64,000 nt of DNA from Takakia lepidozioides (taxonomy: Eukaryota; Plantae; Bryophyta): assembly GCA_030704615.1 (NCBI GenBank), contig CM060731.1:25854001-25918000 (forward strand). Reading direction: 5' to 3'. The position numbers were made by a program, and so were the translations under genes. Positions 1-12,131 of this stretch are shown here, one piece after another; the first letter of the stretch is position 1; each line of letters begins with the position of its first letter. The notes below the pieces were generated by a model. That model ran no database searches, was not told the DNA's origin, and saw nothing but the letters and a program-made list of their open reading frames with translations.

Positions 1-1189
1 CAAAACAATTTCACTAAGCATCTCACTCTCACCCTCATCTCACTTTGTTCTCGGCACGAACTGAAGAACTCTAAACCTAGACAAGGTAAATGCTTGGAAC
101 CACCATCAAGAATCTAAACCTAGTAGAATAAGGGAATGGATCTTTGCCCGTGGTTTCAGACCTGTTACTGATGTGATGACTGCTTCTTCCACTCGATTCT
201 TGGGTCTTGAGCACCTGGACTTCGGACGGGGCCCCGCTTTTGCCAACAATCAGATTTTTACACCACTTCCTTGTTATATGATCCATTTTACACCGCTTCA
301 CAAAGATGGCACCGTAAAGATAATCTTCAAACTGCCCCACGATGTTGCAAAGAGGCTGCAGCAAGACGCAGACTTCATGTCTTGTGTATCGACTGTCACC
401 GACGTTACACACCCATAGCGATACCACACTTCCATCTTTGACCATCAGAGAAACAAAAGAGTTATCTAAAGTCGGCAGTTTTAAAGCCGGCACAACGATC
501 CCATAACACTGAAAGCCAAGAGACGGGGTGTGAAGAACCCAATAGCCGACATTTGCAGGATGGACAAACTTCTTCACATCGTACATTAAGAAAAATCTAT
601 ACTTTGCGATTGCGGTTGTCCCACCATCGTGAAGGATCTCTGCGAAACTCATGCCGGTTCTGCTCTGTGCTCCAAGGTAGAGGTTTGTGCTCGAAAATCC
701 GACAACATCAACATTTTGACAATGTCCTTTACTGAGGGGTGCTAGTGAGCTTCAGTAAGGAGCATGTCATCATAGGATCCATTGGCCTGCCTGCTATGAT
801 CTCCACAATTTGCAGCAAGCTAAAAATAAGAACTACTTCATGCAGCATTCCAACATAAATTTTCTGGACACCGCACTGAGCCCGAAATCCTAACTACTCA
901 GCAGCCTTTCTTCCTGACTAACCAAAGCATCCCCTCGATCGCCACCTTAGTAGGCTCTGGGAGTGGGAAGAAGAGTGACATTGAGGGCGTTCTTGACAAG
1001 TATCCAAATCCTCATGTGAATGAAATCATCCAAATCCTTGCATGTAATGAAATCATCCAATTGATGAATGAAAATAATCAAAATTTCATTCATGTAATGC
1101 AATCATCCATCAATGGATTTTCATAAGAGCCATGCCAATGACCTTATCTTGGTCAAAGGGAGTTGACTACATCAATCTAAAAATTTAGA

Positions 1190-1396
1190 GTCATCTGCAT
1201 TATTGTTTAGAGTAATGTGCGTGACCCATTATCGCGACTCTATTCTAATCAAACGACGTTGACCGGGATAGAGGCATATACACGACCCTTTTTGGTCATT
1301 TTCGGTCGTACCCATGACATTTTTGAACCATAACGAGATGAGTCATGAAAACCATGACTCTAAAAAAAAAAAAAAAAACCATGATTCGGCGTAGTG
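1190..1396. mobile_element. Isolated right terminus of a CACTA-type element
   Basis: Ends in ...ttcggcGTAGTG (reverse complement CACTACgccgaa), preceded by several catgac/gagtcat subterminal-like motifs. No matching left end seen. Confidence 0.4.
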
Positions 1397-1477
1397 ATTA
1401 TTATATCATGTTTCACCACCACCCCAGCTTTCAATTGAACTGTCTCATTTAGATATTTAGGTATTTAATACGCATGT

Positions 1478-2280
1478 ATGATGAAGGCAGCACTTGAACA
1501 CCGGATGAGCGCTACTGGTGTACCTGAGAAAGAGTTCGACATGAAAGATAATTGTCACTTTATCACCACGAACAATTGCTTGCTTGAGGCGATGAGGAGG
1601 TCACGACTCTGGTGCAAATTACAAAGGCAGGCGAAAAGTTGATGGGATTACTTGGGAGCAGGAGATCTTGATACTAAATCATGAGCTACATCAGGTTACC
1701 ACTGGCTGCCAGATAAGGTTTGCCTATTATTGCTTCGTGGTTTTTCTTAATCCGAGGAAATTCTGAGCTTTACCGTTTGTTGGTAGGCGTCTTTGTTATT
1801 TCACATGATGAAGCAGGCTGTGAATATCTTAAGTATGACGAGCGTCTATCAAAGAACTACGATGTTTCTATGACCGGCTTTCAAGACGAACACTTCAGAC
1901 GGGCAGGTATTTCTCATGATGTTGATGTGATTCACACATGGAAGAGTCTGATGGCTCATATGCCATAGGGGTGTGAGAACTTGCATCCGTTTTTCTCAAT
2001 CAAGCATCGTACTACCGATGTTGTTTGGTTCAAGAAGAATGTCAACAGCGGGGAAGGGCATATGAGGGGATGGATGAAGAGGATGGCCTAGAACTGCGGT
2101 ATTGAAGGCGACATAACCAACTGCTCTGGTAGAGTTACAAGCATTACTCGTATGGCAGCTGCCAATGTTCCTCAAGAGATAATGGCTTTACTGACTGATC
2201 ATCGTCAGTTGAAGACATTGGATCGCTACAATCGCATTAAAGATCTGAAGGCGAAGCTGCTCAGAAGTCCCTGCGTACGC
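1478..2280 (+). pseudogene. Crypton-like (DUF3504-type) tyrosine recombinase, catalytic C-terminal half, disrupted
   Basis: Manual translation across frameshifts and stops: RRKVDGITWEQE...FLIRGNSEL...DERLSKNY...WFKKNVNSGEGHMRGWMKRMA*NCGIEGDITNCSGRVTSITRMAAANVPQEIMALLTDHRQLKTLDRY. This follows the tyrosine-recombinase R..K..HxxR..H..Y order, with H>C in TNHSGR and G>D in TGHR. Confidence 0.75.
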
Positions 2281-2683
2281 TTACAACGACAGTACTGGAG
2301 CAGCTGTGGATTATGAGCAGCATTTATCAAATACTCTTGGTGATTGGCATGCCAAGGAGCAGAATGCTCATGTCGGTGCCCAGCGTAATGTTAATAATCA
2401 GTCTCAGAGTGTGTATGAGCGGGGAGATCACTCGAATAGTCCTTGATCAGGTTCAGTGAGCAGTTTACAACCTGGATCTTGAATCACTGTGTCAATGGAA
2501 ACATAGGCCTTAGCAATCTGATGCTTATGCCATTGGTCCTTATGAGATTGTTGAATTATCTGGAGTTAATGAGGCAGTTGTTAGGCCTTAATTGGAACCA
2601 GAATATAGGGCCTACTTATCGACCTGGTAGTCCACAGTGTTGCAGAATCTAGGATCACAAAACGCCAATCTAAGAGTCGCAAA

Positions 2684-3420
2684 TTGTGTAACGGTGATCA
2701 TTTACGTCCTATTGGCAATCCTTCTAATTTGAATGTCCAGAGTGATTCAGTGAACGATGCTTTGTTTACTGCACATCTTGCTCATGATCCTAAAGTCGTT
2801 TTGGTCAACCGCAATTCAGTCGAGGCTCCTGTATCAGTTTCTGTAACGAGAGAGCGTGCAGTGATTTCTGTAACGAGAGAGCCTGCAATTGTTCCTAGTC
2901 TTGTTGAGCGTCCAGCTGTTACTTCTCTTGATGATGTTGAGGTGTTGTCAGACACTGTTGAGGGAATGTTTAATGCATTTGAGAACAATATTGAGGATTG
3001 TTTTACATTCACTAAGAATTCTGAGGGTAATGATGTTCCTACAATTGAGATTGCTCGTGAGGATCTACCAGAGGTTGTTGAGATGGCGGAAGCTTCTTTT
3101 GTAGCTGCTTTTATGGGAGATATTGGCCCTGTAGATGAGGTCGATGGTTCTAAGGTCGCCGATGAAGTGCTGGACAACAATGTTGGTCCGCAGTTGATCC
3201 CTGTGAGTGAAGACGATTTTTATAGAGTTGCTAATCGTTTGAATCGCAAGACTCAGAAGGCAGAAACGTGGGCTATGAATATGTGGAGGACGCATATGGG
3301 ACTTGATGCTAGTATCAGCATTCATGATCTCCCTCTAAATGAGTTTGGTCTCATGCTGAGGAGATTTTTCTTGATGTTGTGCAAGGATACTGGCTTTAGA
3401 CATCCTACCGACAGTGTTAA
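2684..3420 (+). pseudogene. Acidic region plus N-terminal (core-binding) part of a Crypton/DUF3504-type protein, truncated at about 3420
   Basis: ORF 2684..3595 contains NRKTQKAETWAMNMW...LRRFFLMLCKDTGFRHPTDSV, matching the T..WA...W / L..FF...K..G..YP.DS pattern found upstream of DUF3504. Composition shifts to GC-rich, unrelated sequence after 3420. Confidence 0.6.
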
Positions 3421-3594
3421 TACCGGCCATGGGGTCACTCCAAGTCAAAGGCCAGCAGGTCTATTGGTCGGTCCACTTAACCGTCCATTCCACCTGGTGG
3501 TGGTCCGCGATATGGGTCAGTGGGGCGCCTATCCGCTGGGTCCACGTTCGAAGTCCACCCCGCCCGCCCGTGACATAGAAGAAATCACGGACTA

Positions 3595-3690
3595 GGTAAC
3601 CGTCTCGAGCAGGAGGGTTTTTGGTTGTGACCGAGGCCCAAGTAGGGCCGAGGATCATCACCAGTAACCCTCCTGCTCGAGACGGTTACC
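3595..3690. repeat. 25-bp perfect inverted repeat (hairpin)
   Basis: ggtaaccgtctcgagcaggagggtt (3595-3619) and aaccctcctgctcgagacggttacc (3666-3690). Confidence 0.9.
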
Positions 3691-4048
3691 GGTCATAACC
3701 AGCAAGTTGAATGATCGAGATCAATCGACTTTAGCCGGTCACCAGGTTACCATCTGATGATGTGGCGGTTGCATTTTTCTACCTCCCTATTCGTCTCTCT
3801 CAGTCGCCTGAAGTCATTTTGTGCTTTCCAGTTTTGCATCTGGTTCTGCGAGGTTGGTGCGGAATACCAATTGTGCCGTTTTCTGATGTAATCAGAGCGA
3901 CAAAATCCCGACACAATTTGTATTCCGAATCAACCTTGAGTGATTTAGCATTGTCGAATTATTAGTCTTATTTCAATTGTGCTTGAAATCAATGTTGTGA
4001 TGAAGTTTTGTGAAGCGGTAGGGTTTTAGCGCGTTTTGATCTGTTGCG

Positions 4049-5025
4049 ATGAGTGGCGTTAATGCGCCTTCAAGTAAAGAAGTCCTAGTGTTGCTTCTCT
4101 TCATGTTTCAACAGTAGATTATCAGGTCAGTCGTGAATAACCTCGCGGCCGTAGTTCTCGTAATAGAGCACGGATTCCAAAGCGTTTTAACAACAAGAGC
4201 ATCCACATTCTCCTTTCCAATCTGAGCAGAAATGAGATCAAAACGAGGGACATATTCACCTCAATTTGGAAATTACAGAGCTCTGAATATTAGCCCTGGT
4301 TGTAGAGATTTTGTCAATCAGGCTGTTCAGGGAGGTGTTCACGGTGGTGGTAGAGGACATGCTCCTCAGAGTTTTGCAGGTAGATCTCCTAATGGCTTTT
4401 CTGGTGGTGGAATCCCAATATTGCCGAGACCTACTGCAGGTTTTTCCAATCAGCAGTTTCACGCACGTCCTCTTGCTATGAACCAGGGCTACCCCAATCC
4501 TAATTAGTCTCATCGACGTCCTGTACTTGCATTGAATCAGAGCTCGCCCAATCCTGGTCCTTGTTCTACTCCGAGGTAGCTGCTGGTCATCACAAAAGAC
4601 TTGTTACTTCTTACCTTGATGATATCAGGTTCTCTCAGCAATTTGATTGGAGTTCAACTGATGATGATATTTCTTCTCTTATTACTGACACTGCTGCTAA
4701 TAATGGCGGTTCATCTTCATCGAATGTTCCTGGAGGTTTACCAGCTATTTCTACCGGGAATTCTGATTCGGTTTGTATTCCTGGAGTTGGGGTCAGATGG
4801 TCTGATCCGGTGGTAACTACTCCAAAAAGTGAACCTGCTCCTGTTGTTGTTAGAAAGTTGGATGTAGATTCTGATCAGAATGTGAACAGTGGTGTAATCA
4901 GCGGTGTTACTCCTGTGTTTGGTAACATAGGTCATGGGCATGGTCCTCAGTTCAACTCAAGAGAGATTTCTCATAATGTGTTTCATTTTCACAATGAAAT
5001 TCACATTCATTCACAGTTGAATGAT
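4049..5025 (+). pseudogene. Disrupted low-complexity coding-like segment, possibly the terminal parts of the Crypton-like ORF
   Basis: ORFs 4232..4507 and 4561..5094 share the T-ending codon style of 2300-3400. The second includes SHNVFHFHNEIHIH, resembling the short beta-strand tails of DUF3504 proteins. Confidence 0.3.
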
Positions 5026-5407
5026 GTCCCCCCCACGGGCCACAACACTACAGAGATAGTTAGATTCCAGATTCATTTGTATAAAGACAAATAATATCCT
5101 TCTAGATATAACCAGGGATACAGACTGATACCTAAGGGTATATCCCATTGACGTTGTTATACAGCGTATATCTCATTGTATAATTGTTTTTTGAAATGAA
5201 AGCTTCCAATTCCAGATACATCTCGTGAATACTTTTGAATGAATGGCGGGGTATATGGTGTATTCATCAGTCTATCATCCGTTTTCCTTAAAATTGCATC
5301 CACGCAGAAACATTCATCCTTGCATCTCGACCAACTTTCATCCGTGTATGAAGTATTCATTCATACGGATCACATTCACCGTGCGAAAAAGTGCATGGTG
5401 CGTAAAT

Positions 5408-5606
5408 GTAGGAAACCGGAGGAAGCCAGTGGTTACGGGATGTGGGCGGTGAGCTGAAAGCCAATGAGAGATCGAGATCTGGTTATGTTGGCCAATAGCG
5501 TGTTAGTTTTGTACCTGAAGTAGGAAAGCGCGTGTAGGAAACTGGAGGAAGGCAGTGGTTACGGGATGTGGGCGGTGAGCTGAGAGCCAATGAGAGGATC
5601 GAGATC
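5408..5606. repeat. Direct repeat, two copies of about 72 bp
   Basis: gtaggaaac(c/t)ggaggaag(c/g)cagtggttacgggatgtgggcggtgagctga(a/g)agccaatgagag(g)atcgagatc at about 5408 and 5534. Confidence 0.85.
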
Positions 5607-6857
5607 ATTCAACATGCTGGTTATGGTGTAGAATTTTTTTGCGGAAGGAATAACGAGTTCACAAAATATTTCATTATAATTAAAACCCATGGCTCCCATT
5701 CGGAATTGAATATATGTCTTAATTACAATTCAAAGTCCCCTTTCTATTTTAAAAAAAAAATTCAAAGTTCTTAACCATCCCACTACCTACTACGTTCTGA
5801 AAAGCCTTCACACTTTTTCATGTTTTATTGGGCTAAAGGCTGGTCATGGGCCCCTCCTACCTTCCATGAGCCCTACCGCAGTGGACTCACCTGCAGCAGA
5901 CCTAGACTACAGCAGACCAAGGCGGGCTGGGTTGGAAGCTCTGTCACCCTCCACTATCCCTGCCCCGTACGTGGCCCCGCCGCATGCGCTCGGCCGCGCC
6001 TTAAAGACCCTAATGTCTTCTAATGAGAAGCGTCGATAGCAAGAGTTTTGTAAAACCGACATCATGGCATTTTCTAATACTCGTTTGGTATGAAAAAAAA
6101 AACTCACTATACATTGTTATTACTTGTGCACTTGATGAAAAATCAGTGAACAATAGTAACAAGCATGTGGCGGATGATACAAGTACAGCATATTTCATTG
6201 TTCAAAACCCCACCAAAATATCAAAACCTGATTTCCATTTAAACTAAAAACAAAAATCATAAAAATTAAAAAAAACTTGATAACTATTGAGATGACCATG
6301 ATGTCATATAATGGCTAAACCTTATGGCTAAACCTAGTCCAACATTCAAACCAAAAAATGGGTTGCTCTGTACGCCGACAGATCCCTGGTTTTGCAAAGC
6401 CCCTCCAGCCTGGCGCACCGGAAAACACTGCCTGCAATTTTGTTTTTCAGAGGAGTGTCATCCATGCAATGGTGACTGAGTCACCCTGAGTTTATCCACA
6501 CCAACGACTAATGACATCAGAATTTAAAACATGAATACTAAAGAGTTCAATTGAGGGCCTACCAAAAGGGGAAAAGGTGAAGAGTCTTCTCTCTCTTTAA
6601 TCTTTTGAAGAAGTCAAATCCGAGCAACTTCTCAACTTAGCCCGCTGCAACTCTGGGCTCACACCCAACTTGAAAAGCAGAGTAATAAGGGGGGAGGGGA
6701 GAAAGCAAGGTTCCTTTGGAGAGATGGAAGCACATTGTTCCCTTGGAACTCCGACTCCAGAATATGGATGAGGGTGTCCGCGTTTGTCCGCGTGATGGGC
6801 TGGACTCTGCAGGCCACGAGATAAACATTGCAAAATATTGGCTTCATAATGCGAGCC

Positions 6858-9800
6858 AATAATTTGACTGTGCTGATTCATAGTCAACTTACCTTTAGCA
6901 GACTACACGTTGGCTGGAGGATTCGGAGTCCCGCAGGTATGGCCCACAGGAGCGGCAGGTTGACGTATTGGATGTCCAGACACAAGTTGCAGCGTCAAGG
7001 CTGCTTGCTTGCCCCATCCGGCATGCCACTGTGATGTATACTACAGTGCAGCAGCAGCGTTAACACCTGTATTCGAGAGTGTGGTCCCTACCTCTTGTCT
7101 GTAGAGTTGTACTGTTTTCAAATTGCGGTGGTCAACAGGGAATTGGAAGCTGTTTTGTCAAAGTCCATACAAGGCTGTTTCAGGAGAAGAACCCAATATC
7201 TGCAACCCCTCTCGAGCTTCTCAACTGGGTATTCATCACCTAGGCTGACCCCTAGCTATCTTTGAAGACTCTGTATATATTGCAGTGTTGAGCCGGAGTT
7301 ATAGACTAGTAGAGTGTCTTCTTGAGAGCGCTAGACTAGTATGTGCCGATCCTCAACAGGGTCGACGACTTGCTCGCAAACTTATTCAATAGAAGCTCAA
7401 TATCAACTTAAACCAGTTGATCTACAGGTGCTGAATTTATACAGGGCTTGCTTCAGACAGGAACATCGAACTGAGAGCGATGGGGTTTTCTAGGAGAGGC
7501 ACCGCTGTATATGTGGCAAGTCTTTTAGTATACAGTTTCTTCTTCGCTTCGGCCCAGGTGAGTTCATAAGCTGCAACAGCCACTCTGAACCTCTTGATGT
7601 TATGGCAATGTCCTGCCACTAAGGTCGCGCCGCCGCTCCGTCTTTTTCCAGATCTTCTATTTAGACCACGGTCATGCTAATTATCCGTCCCATCCAAACC
7701 TCTTCTTCTGCTGAACTCCCCCAACCAGAGTGTGACAGAGGTACGATTTCTGTATTGGAGCGAGTGATGTGTCAATGTGAAGCCCAATAAGTCGAGCTAC
7801 AAGTCCTGTACTGTTTGCAATCAGAAGTCCTTTTAATGTGGTACGCCCACGACGCAATCGACAATTGTCAGTCTGACCAACAGAATCGAATGTGTTCTCA
7901 CTTTACATGAGCTTCTATTTCACTTGGACGGATACTTCATTTTTTAAGCGCTTAAAACTGGTGGATCTGACTTCCGACTTGCAGGCGAATCCAGTCTCAC
8001 GGAAGCTTGCAGGCACAAGTCTCGCTGGGTGCCTTGCAACGGGGAAAGCGAGAACTGCATTTCCAGGCAGCCAAGCTTATACAAATGCAAGAACGGTATT
8101 CAATCTCCGAAATAAATACATGCCAGCAGCATTTGTCTTTCCAACCACCATTGCGCAGGTCCAGAATGCCATCCAATGTTCCATACAGTTGAACATTGGC
8201 ATTGCTCCTCGTGGAGGAGGTCACTCCTATGAAGATTACTCACTTGGTACGTCATTGGAACTCTCTATCTCTCAAGCGCCCTCTGCTGCAGGCCTCCCCC
8301 TCTTTCTCACATGAAGACAGAATTCAAGAAAGGAACATGCGGTTTAACGGGACATACAGTATGAGTGACTTTTTTCGTGTTTGAGGCCCCCATTGAGGGA
8401 GTGTCAGTAACCCATACATGTCTACTGACCATTGAGGTATAATGTGGCGTACTCAAGTAATGTTTTGTAATTTACGACTGTATCTTTACTTCCAACAGGT
8501 GGACGTGATGGCGTTCTTGTGGTCGATATGACCGGCTTTACATCAATCAGATACAACCAGGCGGCTCAGACCGCTACGGTTGGATCAGGCTGGAGGCTAG
8601 GACCCTTGTATTTGGCTCTCTGGAATCTCGGGAAGGTAACGGTGCCTGGAGGTACCTGTGTGAGCGTGGGCTTGGGCGGCCATGCTCTAGGTGGTGGATG
8701 GGGTTACGTTTCAAGAAAGTTTGGGCTTGTCACAGACAACATCGTGGAAGCACAGCTGGTCACAGCCAACGGAACAATTGTGACCGCCAATGCAAATCAG
8801 AATGCCGACTTGTATTTCGCTTTGAGAGGCGCTGGCGCTAATTCCTACGGTAAGCAATGTTCAGCGATCATCTGATGCAAGGAACTTCTGATCATCCCAC
8901 TAGACCAATCCACAGACACTCGCTTGTAGTAACCCAGGACTACTCATTAATCTCTGCGAAGTGACCCAGCAGATGTTTGATCGCCTGATATGCTAGACAC
9001 GCTATATCACGAGCAAAACCTGACTCACTATATGTGCTACAATTGGTCTTGCATTTCATTTCATGTGCAGGAATCGTGACACAGTTTACATTAAAAGTGC
9101 ACGAGGTGTCGAGTCCGGTGACACACTTCAAATACAACTTTAACGTAAAAAGTCAACAGGCCCAGGTCCTCAAAGCATTCCAGATTTGGGGGCTAACGGC
9201 GATTTCTCAAGTCTCAGCCTCTCTCTATCTCGACCCCTCTGGTGGAACAAACCTTGGGGGAGTTTATCTGGGCCCATCAACGGGTTTGGCTGCAGTTACT
9301 CATAATTTCTTGGCTAACGCCCCGACCCCTGCGACTACCGATATCACCCAGACGGATTTCATCAAAAGCGTCCTCTACAATGGAGGCTTTTCAGAGACGG
9401 CAGACCCCAGCGTGCTTAATCTAAAAAGTTATACCCTCCCAACCACAGTCTTCAAAGCCAAGTCCATATTCGTGCAAGAGCCAGGTTTGTCCGATGCGGG
9501 TATCAGCGCTCTAGTGAACGCCTTGCAAGCTGGCCCTGCTGACAGCTACTTCATATTCGACCTTTACGGGTCGTTATCTGTAATCAATCAAGTCGCTCCC
9601 AGCGCAACGGCTTTCGTCCACCGCAGCTCTCTATACAGTATTCAAATGTTTACATACTGGGGAAACAATCCTTCAGAGTCAAACTCTGATACTACTTTCA
9701 TCGACAACTTCTGGAACACTGTCCGTCCCTATGCCACGGCAGAAGCTTACCAGAACTACATCGACAAAGACATGCCACTCAGTGCCTACTATGGCTCAAA

Positions 9801-12131
9801 CCTCAACACTCTCATTGCAGACAAGAAGAAGTGGGATCCTAAGAATATCTTCAACTTCCCCCAGAGTATCCCTCTTAGCTAATTTGGACTAGTTTAGCTC
9901 TTAGCAATTTGTGAAGTACGAGGTCGGGATCATGGAGAAAGCGCAAGATTTCCTTATGGAATTATTCAATCACCCACAAACCGCCACGCACGTATTGTCG
10001 ATTTCGAACAGATTCCGTGCTCTTTTGAAGGAATTTCCTTTGCAGAACGTTACGTTGCTACTCGCGATTCTCTCTTTTTCCGTCCTTGGAGCTCTCACGG
10101 AAAATGGTGAAAATCACAGAACATGTACATTCTCGTTTTAGATCTTCGGGCGGCTCAGTGGAATGCAGAAACTTGTCTCGTACTTTGCTTCACATGTCAT
10201 GATTTACGAGTTCATGATGTAAATGATCTAAAGGCGGATGAATCTGTCACAATGAGGTTACAATCAAACACCTAAGGCGCACTTCTAGCAATACCTGAAG
10301 CTTGCTGATCCCGTGCAAGCAATTTCACATCACTGATCCTTCCAAGCAGTAATCTTTTGCACTAGGGGATGATCATGACATGGCTCGCACTAGATCCACA
10401 TCAACTGATCACGATCTCATCACGATTCTCACATCAAATTATAAATAAGCGCAATCGGCAGTAATTCATACCAGAAAGACAAACGCATTACTGTTGCTGC
10501 ATGCGACGTTGTGAAGTAATGAGCTGCCCTCATCAGTTACGCTTTGGGTCCTCCCTTCTGACATCTGCCTTTTGTAGACCAGCAAGACCAGCAGGGTCTG
10601 GAGCTGGTCCTTTTCGTCGTTGAGTGTCGGTCAGTACACAAAAGAGCTACAAAAATCACAATTGAATAATCATCCTGCCTCTGGCGGTCTCAGCAAATTG
10701 TTTTTCAAAAACAAATTATAGTTACCCACTTAAGACTCAGGGCCCAAAATCCCATCGTTAATTAATTTATTAATTTCCTAGTTATTCAACATTAGACAAG
10801 TTTAGTTCACAATTCACAACCCCTAAAATCGGAAGCAGCTGATGGGCAGTTTTCTGGTGATGGAATTGGGGATCAGAAACTAGCTTGCGAGAATTGATGA
10901 AGCTAGAGATAGTTTGGATTGAGCTCTGGTGGGGTGGTTGGAAGGTTCTGGTCACAATACCTGAAGTGAGCTTCAGTGATTTAGTTATCTGTTGGATTGG
11001 ATGTTAGAGAAGTTCGTTCTTACATGTTTGTCGATCACTTCTTGATCCTCACACTGGGTAGTTGAGAATGTACTTAGATAGGTGATTTCTGCAGGCTTCT
11101 ATTTCCATAAGTGAGCTTTCGGCATCACTCTCTTTAGATTGTATTTACCGTAATTCAGCCTAGATAGGAAAAGGGGCTGTCGTCGTAGAAGTGTATTCTC
11201 TGTAATGGCTGGAAAGGCTTATGGCCTTGTGGACTGTGCAGAGAGTACGTAGCTACATATTACCGTTGCTCTCTTTCTTCCTCTCTCATGATTCTTCAAT
11301 GTCATTCTGATGAGTTTAGACCGTAAAGTAAGGACCGTACAGTTGATAAATTTAAAGCTTGTTTAATGTCAAGCTGCATTTGAGAGTCTCTCTAGATTGA
11401 AATGGTCTCAATGAGAGACTGGTATTTTACGTTATGTAATAAAATGATTAGCGCTGGTGGCATTTGTAGGTACATCTTGTTCAAGACCCTGTACGTGTAC
11501 ACAATTGAGAATACACCAGGATCAAATCTTGTTGGTGATCAACAGTAATCATCTTACACCAGGAAAACCTAGCTAACTCACTTCCATTGTAAGAATGACC
11601 ATAACTTATGCAAGCTATGCAAAGCATTTCTAAATATAAATATACAGCCTGAAATACCTCAAAACGTCTTGCTCGAAACGGAGGCGAAAAGGCTCCCAGT
11701 AGTTTTAAACTTGAGCGCTCAGATCAGGCCGAGATCAGGCCGCTTGAAAGGAACAGTTGACTAGTAGAGGGGTCGGCTTCTCGAACTCAGTCTACCCGCC
11801 ACCACCTCCCCACCACTCCTGTTTCGTTGGCACCCAGGGAAGGTGGCTGTTTATTTTAGCTGGCTCGGGCCTGGAGTCTTCTCTCTCTAGATCTAGAGAT
11901 AAAATACTCCGTGGCTCATGCCAACCGTCTGCAGCGTGGCGGGGGTGCCTCGTGTGGAATCCTCCTTGACGAGTTCTCCACTAGGAAGCAATGGACGTAG
12001 TAGCGCATACGCAATATGGTACTTGGAACTCTGGTCCGACAGAGGCCATTGGATCACTGGACTGTCCCATAACACCTCGCCTTAATGCTTTCTCAGAAAA
12101 TCAGAGGAAACAGGGAAAGAAGGCCGGCTCT
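6858..12131 (+). repeat. Segmental duplication, unit 1 (about 5.3 kb, contains BBE gene)
   Basis: Colinear with 15478-20596, from aataatttgactgtgctga to gggaaagaaggccggctct. Confidence 0.95.
7480..9882 (+). CDS. Secreted berberine-bridge-enzyme-like FAD oxidase (AA7 carbohydrate-oxidase-like), 500 aa; exons 7480-7557, 7985-8246, 8499-8849, 9071-9882
   Basis: GT-AG introns with matching phases give a continuous frame. Signal-peptide-like MGFSRRGTAVYVASLLVYSFFFASAQ; RGGGHSYEDYSLGGRDG (FAD His); GTCVSVGLGGHALGGG (FAD Cys); DLYFALRGAG; C-terminal AYQNYID...YYGSN...KKKWDPKNIFNFPQSIP. Confidence 0.93.

Noticed and set aside
77-652. 191-aa minus-strand ORF
   Set aside because: No recognisable motif in any frame I translated, so I cannot support it as a gene.
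3421-3595. C-terminal part of ORF 2684..3595 as real protein
   Set aside because: Read-through into an unrelated GC-rich insert.
10780-12130. Second gene inside the duplicated unit
   Set aside because: The two copies differ by frame-breaking indels throughout and no domain is recognisable.
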